This document shows, piece by piece, positions 1 through 12,305 of a stretch of DNA of 64,000 nt (position 1 is the stretch's first letter; each line of letters starts with the position of its first letter). The notes beneath the pieces are model-generated. The model saw nothing but the letters and a program-made list of their open reading frames with translations. It was not told the origin of the DNA and made no database searches. Source of the DNA: Chrysemys picta bellii (lineage: Eukaryota); NCBI RefSeq assembly GCF_011386835.1, contig NC_088804.1, forward strand, positions 23,126,001-23,190,000, written 5' to 3'. The position numbers and the translations under genes are program-made.

Positions 1-470
1 AAGACCAACTTTTACTTTTTCTGGACAACTATGAAAAATTCAAAACCAAACCGCAAATCATTTCACGTTTTACAAAACTGTTCAAAGCATGATTTTCTCT
101 GAAGTTCTGAAATTTGTTTTCCACATCTCTAGGCAGGCTTTAAAGTCACGTTAACTTGTACAAGGATAAAATATGTATTGTAATGAAACAGGCAACTTTG
201 AGTCTTGGCTTTTACAAATGGAACCTATACAGATTGGGTATTAAGATATTCTAAAACACAATAAAGGATAAAGCACCAAACTTCCATAGCCATAGACAAA
301 AAGAATAAGGCTTCATGCAGCCAAAGCTTATATACAAACATTTTGTCACTGTTGTCAGAGCTATTTCTCTCCAAACTTCCAGTCCAGTTTCCTAGGATTT
401 CCCTTCAGGACTTCTTCCATCCTAACCTCCTAGTTCCTTCTTGCTCACAGAAACTCTTTTTTTATGACAG

Positions 471-670
471 GTTTCAGAGTAGCAGCCGTGTTAGTCTGTA
501 TCCGCAAAAAGAAGAACCGGAGTACTTGTGGCACCTTAGAGACTAACAAATTTATTAGAGCATAAGCTTTCGTGGACTACAGCATCCGTAGAAGTGGGCT
601 GTAGTCCACGAAAGCTTATGCTCTAATAAATTTGTTAGTCTTTAAGGTGCCACAAGTACTCCGGTTCTTC
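471..670. mobile_element. Fold-back Penelope-like (PLE pLTR-derived) insertion with a 13-bp TSD
   Basis: TSD ttttttatgacag at 458-470 and 671-683. Inverted arms 511-583 and 598-670 (73 bp, one G:T mismatch) with a 14-nt loop. Contains gtagcagccgtgttagtctg and gcataagctttcgtgg, which are typical of reptile Penelope/Neptune termini. Confidence 0.8.
582..621 (+). ncRNA. Degenerate minimal hammerhead ribozyme motif within the PLE insertion
   Basis: GCAU-CCGUAGA-A-GUGGGC(UGUA)GUCCAC-GAA-AGCU-U-AUGC. Stems I and II and the palindromic AGCU stem III are present, but the core CUGANGA reads CCGUAGA, so it is likely inactive. Confidence 0.5.
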
Positions 671-1059
671 TTTTTTATGACAGTTGAAGCTAATTACTTT
701 CCTACCCCATTTCCCACTCCAGCAAGTATGACTTGGCAGTCCTTTCCCTGCATGTTATAGCAAGGTTTTGTACCTGAGCTTGGAGTGATTCAGCAAAAGA
801 CTCCTGCATTTCTATATAGGTTTTAGCTGTGAAATGGCTGCTGAATAATGTGTCTGCAAGTCCAATGACTGCTAACCTATGCATAGCAGCTGTATAGGTC
901 TGAATCACGCAGCTTTCTTGTCATGCCCCTAGGCATATGTTGTAGAGAGAGTTTGGCCTCACGTATTTTAGATTGTTATTATAATATTAGTATTTTAAGG
1001 GACTTTGCCTTGCCTGGCACATGAAAACTATATTTTCATTTCGATGTAAAAGAAAGTAA

Positions 1060-1356
1060 GGCCTTGGCTACACTTACCCGCAAGTTCGACGGCTGGAAAT
1101 CGAACTTCTGGGTTCGACTTATCGCGTCTAGTCTGGACGCGATAAGTCGAACGCGGAAGTGCTCGCCGTCGACTGCGGTACTCCAGCTCGCCGAGAGGAG
1201 TACCGCGGAGTCGACGGGGGAGCCTGCCTGCCGAGTGTGGACCAAGGTAAGTTTGAACTAATTCGAACTAAGGTACTTCGAACTTCAGCTACGTTATTCA
1301 CGTAGCTGAAGTTGCGTACCTTAGTTCGAATTAGGGGGGGTAGTGTAGACCAAGCC
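1060..1356 (+). mobile_element. Non-autonomous PIF/Harbinger-like MITE, CpG-rich (young)
   Basis: Imperfect TIRs ggccttggctacact and agtgtagaccaagcc, flanked by TAA and TAG. Internal hairpins tcgacttatcgcgtc..gacgcgataagtcga and aacttcagctacg..cgtagctgaagtt. Confidence 0.75.
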
Positions 1357-3010
1357 TAGAAGCACAACCTCCTCCCCCAAAAAGCCCAAACACAAGCCGC
1401 ATTAGCACTAGCATGAGGAGTAATGTCAGTGTTATGATTCACCTTGGGGTTACTTTATATTATTGTCCTTAGATTTACTTGAGAGAAAGCTACTGCTTTT
1501 TCTTTAGAATCAAGACTATTTAAAACAAAATGATCATATTTTCTGTGATACATTACTTTGTAAGAAATTGTATCAGAGCATCTTTTGGAATAAACCTATC
1601 CATTATATAGAATGTATGATTCAAATCTGAAACAAAAAAATAATTTAAACAATCTTTTAAACATCAGTATTAGGTTGGATTCCTTTTTTAAAGAATATTA
1701 TCCATAGTCATCTCTTTTATGTTATCATTATTTCAGTTATAAAAACTGAAATCAGTTGTCTTTAAGTCTTAGTATTCTTTCACCATTGATGTACACAGAA
1801 TTGTTGACTGTCAATATTGCTGAGTGTACAACTGGCACACTTATGTTAGCTCGTCTGAAACACTGTCTCTTGAGATTCAAAGGATGTCATTCCTGTCTAA
1901 GTGGTAGAGTGATAATACATCTGCACTCTCTGTATGTGACACCTAACTGTCATGTGGCTTTGTCAATGGACAGCAATGCCTGTCATTTTGCTGTGAGACC
2001 CAACATAAAGTGTACATCACCCTTGACACAAAATAAAGTGCAGTGCATAAGGGAGGTTATTCCAGGTGTCCATGGAATTTGAGTGCTCTGTTTTGATAGC
2101 CAATATTATACAATAGCATTCTCTACAGGCTAAATGTTGCTCTGCTACATTGAAGTAAATTCACAGTACTGACCTTAAAGCGCCTGCTCAGACTTCAATA
2201 GGTCAGAGGATTAAAAGGCCAAAAAGTCAGTGATGTATTTCAACCAATAAGTGTTGTTATGGGTACGGCCTGAGAGCCAGGGTGTGGTTTTAGTGAATAC
2301 CTGGCCCCAAACACACACACCCCCGAGTCCCACACAGACGTCTACTGCTCCTAGGCAGAATAATTTAAATGAGGAAAGTCAGTGGAGTTATTCTGGATTT
2401 ACATTGTTGTAATTGAGGGAATTTGCTCAATAAGGAATCATATAAATGGGCATTTAATATATCCAGGGCTATTGTTAGTAGATATTTAACTTAAAAGAAA
2501 GTATTTTGATTTTTTTCCTTTTAGCCTTCTGCTTCATGCCTCACAGTACACTCTAACTCCCCACACTAATTCATAACGCTGAATTATAAGGTGGCAGTCA
2601 CAAAAGAAAGATTCAGATTGTTCAGTGAAAATGTGAAGTTATTTTATTCATCATTCTCATCACATCTTGGAAGTACCAATCAAAAATAGCTGAAATATTT
2701 TCCTAAATTAATTAGAACCTGCCTTAATTCCATGGAGTGTTTCAGAGTTGCCACTGATGTCAGCGGATGTCATTTGGAATGAATGCAGGATCAGACCCTA
2801 AAAGTTAGTTTTTGTTGATGATGATTATTAAGCAGTAATTCAAATGACAGTCAGCAGCAGCAGGGAGTGATTATAGTGTCGCGGGACTAAGGCCACAAAG
2901 CGTTGAGTACCCTTAACTTCAAAACTTCTGTAAAAGAGGGTTATATTTCATCTCAATGGTTCCTTACTAACTGTTGAGCAATTAGACAATTTTACCAAAT
3001 CTTATCCTGT

Positions 3011-3123
3011 CTTAGATTGTAAGATGTTTGGGGCAGGGCCTTTTGTATATTTCCACAACAGGGCCCTGCGCTTTCCAGGGAGCTCTGGGCATTACTGCAA
3101 TGTATATAAAACATAATAATAAT
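3011..3123 (+). mobile_element. Old LINE/SINE 3' tail fragment (L2-type tail) ending in (AAT)n
   Basis: ttagattgtaagatgtttggggcaggg...attactgcaatgtatataaaacataataataat resembles L2-derived 3' ends. Confidence 0.45.
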
Positions 3124-5182
3124 GGTAGTCTTGAGGAGTTAGTGGAAAACAGCTTTGAGGATCAGATTCTTATAGATTAAGTGTTTAGTCCACTTAAAAG
3201 TGTCCTAATGTTCCTCTTGGCAATTGATACGAATGTGACTCCCATGAACGTATTTTCCATTTGGATAAAAATTAATCATAAGGTGAAACATATGTACAAT
3301 GCTAATTCCATTTTTCCTAAAGATCTTGTGAAATTTTTGTAGTTAAAAATACCTATTTCAGGATTTGTAAGCACAATTAGAGTTGGTTAACCTTTTTTAC
3401 AACAAATATTTTATGCTATATGAGTGCCATTAGAAGGCAAAGCTTGAAAGTTTTAGCAAAATATATCTTACACAAGGTATTTATAATATTGAAGATTGCA
3501 GTGGAACTGGCTGAATTGGTAAGTATAGATTTCTCGCGTAGCTGTTGATAGCCCTATGGTGAAAATACACTCTATATTGATTTTCACTGGGGACTATATT
3601 ATTAAAATATATAAATGTAAAAATTGACTTTGGAAATTAAAAAACAAATTATACCTATAAATCAGGGATAGCTGATAAACTAATAAATATCTATCACTAT
3701 TATATCTCATTATTTCCCAAAGATATCTGAAAGGCACTTAATTGCAACTCAGTAATCAATTATTCAATTAACCCGCTTCTCATCAAATATATATTTGATA
3801 CAGTTTTGTGAAGCTTGGGCTCTAAAAGGTTTATATTGATTGCAAGTTTTAAGGCCACATGTTTCAGTTATTGGATCTGTGCAGTCAGATTGACATCTCA
3901 GGTTCACTAGAATATGCAAATGTTTTAGTGTAGTGAGTTTCAAAGATGGTTAGAACCGTGAAGTTGATTTGCACTATCTTTTAAAATCATTTCCTAGTAA
4001 CTATCTGACAAAAGTGAGCTGCTTATATAACACATTATTCAAAATTATTCATAAGTATCCAGCTAATTTTTGTGTGTGGCTTATTTAATGCTTTGGGTTG
4101 ACTGTGAACAACTTTTTACAGGTATTCGCTATTCAAGATGTGTTGGTTAGAACTACTCAGAAAACTCCTTACAAAACATTTTTGTAGGACTTTGCCGGTT
4201 TGTCAAAATCTAAATATTTTGCAAAGGCATTTAGATATCAAGGAAATTCTAAGGGAACCCAGGCAGGAATCAGACGGAAACCTGCCTAGTTTCCTGGCAG
4301 TTCACCACCTCACATCAGCTTGCAAAGGGGGCTGCAGAGGATCTGAAATCCTGGAATCTCTGGCTCCCAGGAGGATGGCTCCAGAGTACCTGTCTTCATT
4401 TCCCTAGATAATTTCAATTTTTTTTATTTTGTTCCTAACTGAAACAAAACCAAATTTTGAAATTTCAAAATCCTCCACAAAATGAAATTTTCTTTCTCCA
4501 CCCAGTTCCAGTGTTGGTTAATTGTGATTAGTCAGTTACGTTTCATGATGTTAATTCTGTTAATTCATTGGATGTGTGTGAAACCAATTTGGGAGAGAAT
4601 ACTCACATGTCTGAATCTAAAGATTCAGTTTCCACGAATACGCCTGTATGTTTGAAGTTTACTTTTTACAAACAGTCATGCCAGGAAAACCCGATTGCTC
4701 AAATGTTCATGGGAAGTGAGCACAAAAAGTGTGAGTATAGATGAAGCAAATCTATTTAAAAATTCACCCAGTTCTAGTAGTTTTTGGATGCAAGAGTCGT
4801 AAAATACAGCCAAATGCTGCTCTCATTACTCCCACAGTCGCCGTGTGAGAGTAGAATGAGCAGTATTTGGCCCACCCACTTTATACACATGCAGCAATCA
4901 ATTGGGCCATATCCTGGGGTGCACTTGATGTGCACAGTGTGTAGGTCAGAAGTGTACGTGTCCAAAGATGGCTTAAAGCTTTTGCTTTTTCCCAGTCATT
5001 TTGCTGCTGTGTGCAGGGCTGTTCTCCATGCATGGAGTTAGAGAAGCCTAAAAGCTGCTCTAATTCATGCTAGCTGCAAACAGGCTCAAAGGACCAAAAT
5101 CACAACTGAGGATATAATTGGCACTAAGGCATTCTGACCACATTTCCTTTTCCCTGCTATGCTGGCAGTAGTGTGTGTCACG

Positions 5183-5312
5183 TAGAGTGACCAGATAGCA
5201 AGGGTGAAAAATTGGTACGGGGTGTGTGTGTGGGGGGTAATAGGCACTTATATAAGACAAAGCCCCAAATATCGGGACTGTCCCTATAAAATGGGGACAT
5301 CTGGTCACCCTA
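5183..5312 (-). mobile_element. hAT-type MITE (TAGGGTGACCAGA TIR family), copy 1
   Basis: TIRs tagagtgaccagat and atctggtcacccta. The 8-bp TSD is gtgtcacg (5175-5182) / gtgtcaca (5313-5320), matching at 7 of 8. Confidence 0.88.
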
Positions 5313-6326
5313 GTGTCACAAAAGGTCATCGGTTGGTTTTTTGCTACTGCAGAATCAGCCTTACATTGGGGTGATCTCCCTGGGCCTGAGCTACAATGGC
5401 TTTAGGGCAAGACACCAGTAACCGTGCATCAAAAAGCGACTAACTCTGTGCCAGAAAGTCTACCCATTAACTCTAATGTGAGGTAGTTAGATTATCTGCC
5501 TTAACATCAAAGCCCAGTGACTACATGGGTAGATAATTTTTGGTAGGGGCAAGAAAGGGTTGTTTGTTCTTTTATTAAAGCAAGTAATAATAGTTCTGAA
5601 ATACTTTTTAATCAAAAGTTAAATGTCCTAAACCTTAGATTTTCTAATAGACCACTCTTTTCATCATAGAAGGAAACAATTGTACAAAGAGATTCTTACA
5701 TTTTTGTGCTCCAAAATGGTCAGAGAACACTTACTGCGTAAAGACGGGTCTAGTAGGGATGAAATTGACTGCTTTCCTTCACTGGCGCTTTCTCTTGTTG
5801 ATACGTTGATTTGTAAGTATATGAGGGTAAGATTGTTAAATAGAGATGATATACATAGAGGCAAAACCCCTGAACTGTGTTGCAACAACTTGCTAGATTT
5901 CTTCTAGTGGTCTGTAGTTAGATCAAAAGAGAAGTGTAATCTTTGCAGGTCCTTTAAATGTGTTTGGTATAGAGTGTACCCAAATATTCATTTCTGGCAA
6001 CTCTCTTAACAATCTTTTTGGTATTTAGATTTTGTTGTGAGTGTGCTTCAGTGTCTAATAGATTAATTTAGTTCTTTGGAAAAGGTCTTTATGGGATTTT
6101 TAACTGTTGCACTCATTATTGAATAAACAGTATTTTCTTCGTGTAAAAACAGCAGATTTTTTCCTCTTAAAAACACATTCATAATCAAGATATTAGCAAA
6201 CAGGGCGTCCCCCCCACCCCCCGGAAAAATATCATAAATAGTCTTGGTATGACCTTGTTAATGCAGGACCACTTTAGTAATCTGTGCCTAATGATTTTTT
6301 ACATTAAACCACAGCTTGTGTTGGAC

Positions 6327-6482
6327 NNNNNNNNNNNNNNNNNNNNNNNNNNNNNNNNNNNNNNNNNNNNNNNNNNNNNNNNNNNNNNNNNNNNNNNNNN
6401 NNNNNNNNNNNNNNNNNNNNNNNNNNNNNNNNNNNNNNNNNNNNNNNNNNNNNNNNNNNNNNNNNNNNNNNNNNNNNNNNNN
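6327..6482. other. Assembly gap (156 N)
   Basis: Run of N. Confidence 0.99.
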
Positions 6483-7551
6483 AGCTGAAAAGAATTGTGG
6501 ACTGTAGTCTCCAGCAGATGGGGGAGATTTTAAAAATGTATCTGTTTGGTTCTGAATACATCAGCTAAGATAATACCTTGTGGTGACTGAAAAGTAGTTT
6601 TTCTCTCTTTTTTTTTCAATGAAGACTGTACCAATTATCATTTCAACATAAAGTATTAGGAGATCAATTGGGAACTGAATGCCATTTCCTAATGTTAATA
6701 CAGTGTTTTATTTAAGCTGCCTTGACAGGCTGTCTAGGCTGTGGGAAAAAGACTGAGCAAATAATGAGTAAAGGGTTTAGAAAAAAGACAGAGGGTGGAG
6801 TTTGGCAAACGATGTGAGCTATTCATCAACAACTCAACAAGGATGATGGAAATAATAAGCACTCCTTAAAGAAAAGGGGAAAGGATTTTTTTTTAAAGAA
6901 ACAGTTTCCTTTAAAAAAAAAAAGGCATATTCAACTCTAACTTTGTATTACTTTCTGATTAGCCGATTTTAAACTTCCTGGAATCAGCAAATGCTTCCCT
7001 TTGAAATGGATAGTATGCATTTAAACAGTGTACATTCTTTAGCAATCAGTTAAAAAAACAGTGTCTAATTTCCTGTTCATTCGTGCAAATTTCTTACCAT
7101 GTGGCATTGTCATTTAATATCTAAAGTACATTAATGCAGTTCTTTAACACAAAAACCCTCAGACAAATCCCCTGTGTGAAATAATTTGTGTGAACTTTGA
7201 ACTGACCATAAAATCAAGATCTTATTATGCCCTTTATTTATATGGTATAGAAAACCTTTGAAACGTAATACTAGCACAGATACAATATACACATCCAGTG
7301 TGATGTTTAAAATAAAATAACTTTCTTACATTTTTGAAGTGTTTCCCCGCTATTTAGATATTTTATGGTACCTCTGAAAAATATTTACCTTAGAAATCAA
7401 TAGGCTATTCTAATATTATTGTGTTCCAAGTTGCTGCATTTCTATTCAGCAGATATAATTCCACCATCTGTAAAGTTCTAGATTTTATAATACTTATAAG
7501 CTGTTTTTAATCTTTTTTCACTGCCATGTTCTGTCCTGAAATGTCAAAGTG

Positions 7552-7715
7552 NNNNNNNNNNNNNNNNNNNNNNNNNNNNNNNNNNNNNNNNNNNNNNNNN
7601 NNNNNNNNNNNNNNNNNNNNNNNNNNNNNNNNNNNNNNNNNNNNNNNNNNNNNNNNNNNNNNNNNNNNNNNNNNNNNNNNNNNNNNNNNNNNNNNNNNNN
7701 NNNNNNNNNNNNNNN
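7552..7715. other. Assembly gap (164 N)
   Basis: Run of N. Confidence 0.99.
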
Positions 7716-10228
7716 AGGGGTGTTTTTTATGTTGATGCCATTAAATACAGATCTTTACTATGAAAAGAAATTCCCATATGAAAAGCAACTTACTAAAAAG
7801 TAATGCTGTAATCCCATCTCTGTTCTGAACAACAGGTTTATGTATCCTAGGTCAAGTAGGCATATGGTTATTTTTGTTTGCTGATGTTGTTTTAGGTTTT
7901 TTAATCTGTGATGAAACTGCTCTGAAAGCACCAATATTGTTTTTCAACAGCTGCAAAAGATATAATATGATAGATGTACTGATAAGTGGTGGTTAGTGCC
8001 TCCTGTCCTACTAAAGTTGGGTGGTGGAGGCGCTCAGTACCTTCCAGGATTGGCATGGCTTTGTTTTGCTGTGGTGTCTTAGTGTATGCTGTTTTAGAAC
8101 TGTGTAATCCGTCAGAACTGCAGAATTTTAGAAATATTCAGTCTTACAAAACCTGGAAGTATTGAGTGCCACATAGATCAAAAGAAGAGTTAAGATGTTA
8201 GGGAAACTAGCAAGAAAAAGATGCTAAGACTATGCAACATTTTCAAATTTAAAATGTTCTGTTTGAATTTTCAAGTGGTCACCAACTCAGAGCCCTATTC
8301 AGCAGAAGTCTGGGATAATTGTCTGCAAAGGCTTTACAAGCTGCAGCCGTTTGGCACTCACAGTATCTACTCCTGATACTACAGACAAAACTCTCTATTC
8401 ATCACCTCTGATATCGTGCTCTAGCTTTGTCAGACATGGAATATGAAGATGTAGCTTCTCTTCTGACCCTTAAGTGGTTTATATGAGTGAATTGTTATAT
8501 GCTGCACAAAAAGAAAAGTTATGTACAGTATTTACCTTACAGAGGATTCACAGAGGTTGACTTTCAGGAACACTAGCATACTGTTTAGACTTCAGTCTCT
8601 GAGTGGAGTCTGAGACTAGTATTTCCAGGTTCTTCACCTTGCTGTTATCCATCAGCTCAGACCTCAAACCTAATTACTTACAGAAGTGCAAACACATTTA
8701 TTGTTACCCTCACCTATGCCATACACAGAGTCAGCCCCTTAGCTTACTCATGCACAACAGAGGCAAGAGCTTTTGTGACTGCATGGCACAGTTCAACGAA
8801 GTTTGTTTTTCAGGGTTGAACCCTTTCCAGGCCACATCACTTATCTTGTCATAATGCTTTGTCGACACTTTTTTAGAACACTGTTAACATTTTTTTTTAC
8901 CTGGGGTTTCTGACTCAGACACTGATTGGGCAAAGCAAGTGCAGATGCCAGTTTCAAGGACAACAACAATATTCCTTTATGTGAATGTGATTGGTCTAAT
9001 GCAATGTACACATTAATCTTACAGGTACAATGGAACAGTATGGATTAATCTGTACTTTCTCTGCTCTTAATCAAGTGGGGAAGGGGGAGATGTTCATGTC
9101 ACAGATATGGGTATCTACTAGAGCTGGACCTAAGCTGCAATGTTGAGGTCCAGAACCCAACTTCCTTGGAAGGTGGAGGTCTGTAGATCCAGAATCAATT
9201 CTGCACATTATAAGGAATGCAACACCTGATCCTGGGATTTGGTGTATGCCCATCTCTGGTATATATAACCCACAACCTTGGGTGCAGACACATGCTGCTG
9301 CATGGAGATTAGGGGAACTAGTTCCAGTCTTACATTTTTATTAGGTTAGATAGCTGATCTATTTCTTCATAAGGGGAGCCCAATTTTCAACCCCATGGGT
9401 CATCTGAATCCTACATTTGGTTGCTCAGATCCCCCAAGAAACATAAATATCTGTTTTAAGTGCCTAATTGTCAGTTTGAATGTCCAACTATAGAATTTGG
9501 ACATCCTGTTAATTGTTTAAAATTTGGGCCTTGTATTTGCTTCACATTCTGATCTTCTGTCACTTGATTCTTGACCATGGTCTTGTCCTGCACTACATCT
9601 TTTTATCCTCAAGAGCCAGCAACAATCTTCAGGGTTCCAGATGTGTCTCAAATCATTTCACCTCACAAGACCAAGCACAAAACCAGGCTGCAGTAGCCTT
9701 TGGGAAAAGGAACTCAGCCTGGTTCTAGGCATTCCCTCAATAGTCAGAAGTCTAGAGCAAAATCTTGCTCAGGTGACAGAGACACTTATCAAACCCAAGG
9801 GTGTCACCCTTCCTCATAAGTTTCCCTCTTGAAAACATTAACTTTGCATCAATTTCTCCATTGGAATGGAATGAAATTATATTGGTCCGAGTTCAAAAAT
9901 ATAAGCTACCTCAATGAAATACTTCTTCATGAGTTGAACTTATTTCCACATGCCCGATTGTTGCATCGTTGAGGGGTGTCTGCTGTTTTCCCTATCTTCT
10001 TATCATGGGAGATATCCTGTTTTGTTGACAGTTTAATGCATAGTATGAGGCATCCAGCAAACATCTATGTCTTGCCAACTTAAAAAATGGGATCCCCTGT
10101 GACCACAGGGACAGTACTTGCCTCACAATAAATTAATGGGCCAGCATATATAAAAGCAAATACAGTTGAATTCATCTATAAGACTATCACTGCAACATCT
10201 CCCACCAGGTTCTCTCTTCTCTCTCTAA

Positions 10229-10305
10229 GGGTATGTCTACACTACCCGCCGGATCGGTGGGAAGCGATCGATCCAGCGGGGATTGATTAATCGCGTCTAG
10301 TCTAG
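10229..10305 (+). mobile_element. Truncated Harbinger-like MITE end, inverted relative to the full copy at 10348-10657
   Basis: TAA then gggtatgtctacactacccgccggatc..., which approximates the reverse complement of 10585-10657. It breaks off at the internal palindrome tcgcgtctagtctaga. Confidence 0.7.
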
Positions 10306-10347
10306 AAACTAGGCTAAGAAAAAGCTCTAACCAGACTATTAGACTTA

Positions 10348-10657
10348 GCCCTGGTCTACACTGGGGGGGGGGGCAGAGAGGGAGGAAGATTAATCTAAGT
10401 TATGCAGCTTCAGCTACGTGAATAACATAGCTGAAGTCGACGTACTTAGATTGACTTACTGTGGTGTCTTCACTGTGGTGAATCGACTGCTGCACCTCCC
10501 TCGTCGACTCTGCTTGCGCCTCTCGTGGTGGTGGAGTACAGGAGTCGATGGGAGAGGGCTCGGGGGTTGATTTATCGCGTCTAGACTAGACATGATAAAT
10601 CGATCCCTGCTGGATCGATCGCTGCCTGCCAATCCGGCGGGTAGTATAGATGTACCC
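10348..10657 (-). mobile_element. Non-autonomous PIF/Harbinger-like MITE (same architecture as 1060-1356, opposite orientation)
   Basis: Perfect TTA TSD (10345-10347 and 10658-10660). TIRs gccctggtctacact and agtatagatgtaccc. Shares the cttcagctacgtgaataacatagctgaag and atcgcgtctagactaga hairpins. Confidence 0.82.
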
Positions 10658-11068
10658 TTACATTTTTTTTTCACCTACCCAGTGGCTGAGCTGCTGACCT
10701 GCATGTATTATGGCCAAAGGTCAAGGCTAGGAGAGCTACCTAACTGTTGAACCACAAGGATTTGTGCAAAGGGTCAGATAGAGCTTTCAAGCTGTGGGTT
10801 GCTGACCTCCTGATTGGAGCATTAGTACCAATAGGACGCCATGCCATCCCATTTCAGTAAATGCTGATGTGAAATCTTGTAAGTGGAAATCATGTATAAA
10901 CAATTAAAGAAAGGCCCTGCCAAAGAAAGTTTCCTAATTCAATATGAAAAATAAAAATCAGTTAGAGGCACTAGGAAAGGCTGTGTGATTTACTTGTTCA
11001 TAATAGCAGCAATATGCATTTGAGCTCCATTGGCCTGAATCAGAAATATATTCAGAGTCCTGCAAACT

Positions 11069-11187
11069 TAGGCCGTGAGCCTATAAAAACTTACGTGCGT
11101 GCTTAACTTTACTTCCTGTGTTCTCAATGGGCCACTTGCTATGTATAGAGTTAAACGTGTCGAAGACTTGGAAGTATCTGGGTCTTT
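11069..11187. repeat. Degenerate short palindromic MITE-like element
   Basis: Contains the acttacgtgcgtgcttaacttt...agagttaaacgtg fold-back. Same family as 25433-25545 and 43980-44110. Confidence 0.45.
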
Positions 11188-12237
11188 GGCAGAAAATCTT
11201 TCAAATGCCAAACCGGTCATAAAGACTTCGGTGGAATGGAAGCGATGACCCAGTGGCCAGGGAAGGGGAATGCCAGGCTTCTGAGAATACCTGCCTTCTC
11301 CCCAGACTGCTGAGGAATTTCTCACAATGGCAAAACTATCTCAGACATGTCATGATTTTTAGTGTGACCCCAGCTGCCGGTGATATGGGCAAAGGCGAAG
11401 AAGCAACCTTGACTAGAATGGAGAAGGACTACAGAGACGGGGTCCTACATAGGCAGTTGCTGAGCCTCACTATTCTCCAGATTTACTTAAAGTTGAGCGC
11501 GTATTACATCACTGATTAAACTACTAATAATAAGTGATTTCAGTATGTTTTGTTTTTCTCTAAAGGAAGAAAAAAGCCTGAGGAAGGAATTTGTGTGTGT
11601 GACTCAACCTTTGGGAAATTCTGAGACTTTTCAAGCTTCCTGTTCAGGCAGGTATAATTCTGGGCCGGTTGTTCATTTCAGGCATACTCATGTGACTAAG
11701 GCACTGGTCTGCCTTTTGAGGGGTGCAGAGTTGCACTAGCCCAGTGGGAGCTCTGGGAGGCATTGTGCCTCACAGGGCTCCCAGGCACACAGAGAGAATA
11801 TCCTTAACGCACTGCTGTGGTCCTGTGCCCTCCCTGCCCCTCTGGTAATGGCCAGCATCGCTAGCCAGGAGCTGCCCTTATGCCCAATCTTACCATTTCA
11901 TTGGTGTCATTGTGGACTTGGAGTGTAAATTTCCTTTACTTAAGTTTTTGACGGCATTGAAGGGAACTATTGAGGAATGAGAGAGTGAGATATGGGAACA
12001 AAGGACAGCTTTATTCAAGACATCTGTGTGGATCTGAGACTGGCCTGGCATTTTCACAGTGGGTGCTTATTATAGCTTAATACTGTAACTCTTTTTAGAT
12101 GGTTTTGGTTAATAGCTGGAAATCTGTAGATGACCACAAGAGGGAGCCCAGAACCTGCAAACAAGAGGAAGAACCAAGTTTTTAAAAAAAAAAGTCTGAA
12201 AACTGGAAGTTTACATATTGCGGTACCTGTACATGCT

Positions 12238-12305
12238 GGGCCAAATTCATCCTGGGTGTGACTACCAAGGCTGCACTAGAATTACAGCAGGGATGAATTT
12301 GGCCT
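12238..12305. repeat. Very short MITE-like element with 14-bp perfect TIRs
   Basis: ggccaaattcatcc (12239-12252) and ggatgaatttggcc (12291-12304). A related half-copy lies at about 13330-13371. Confidence 0.6.
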
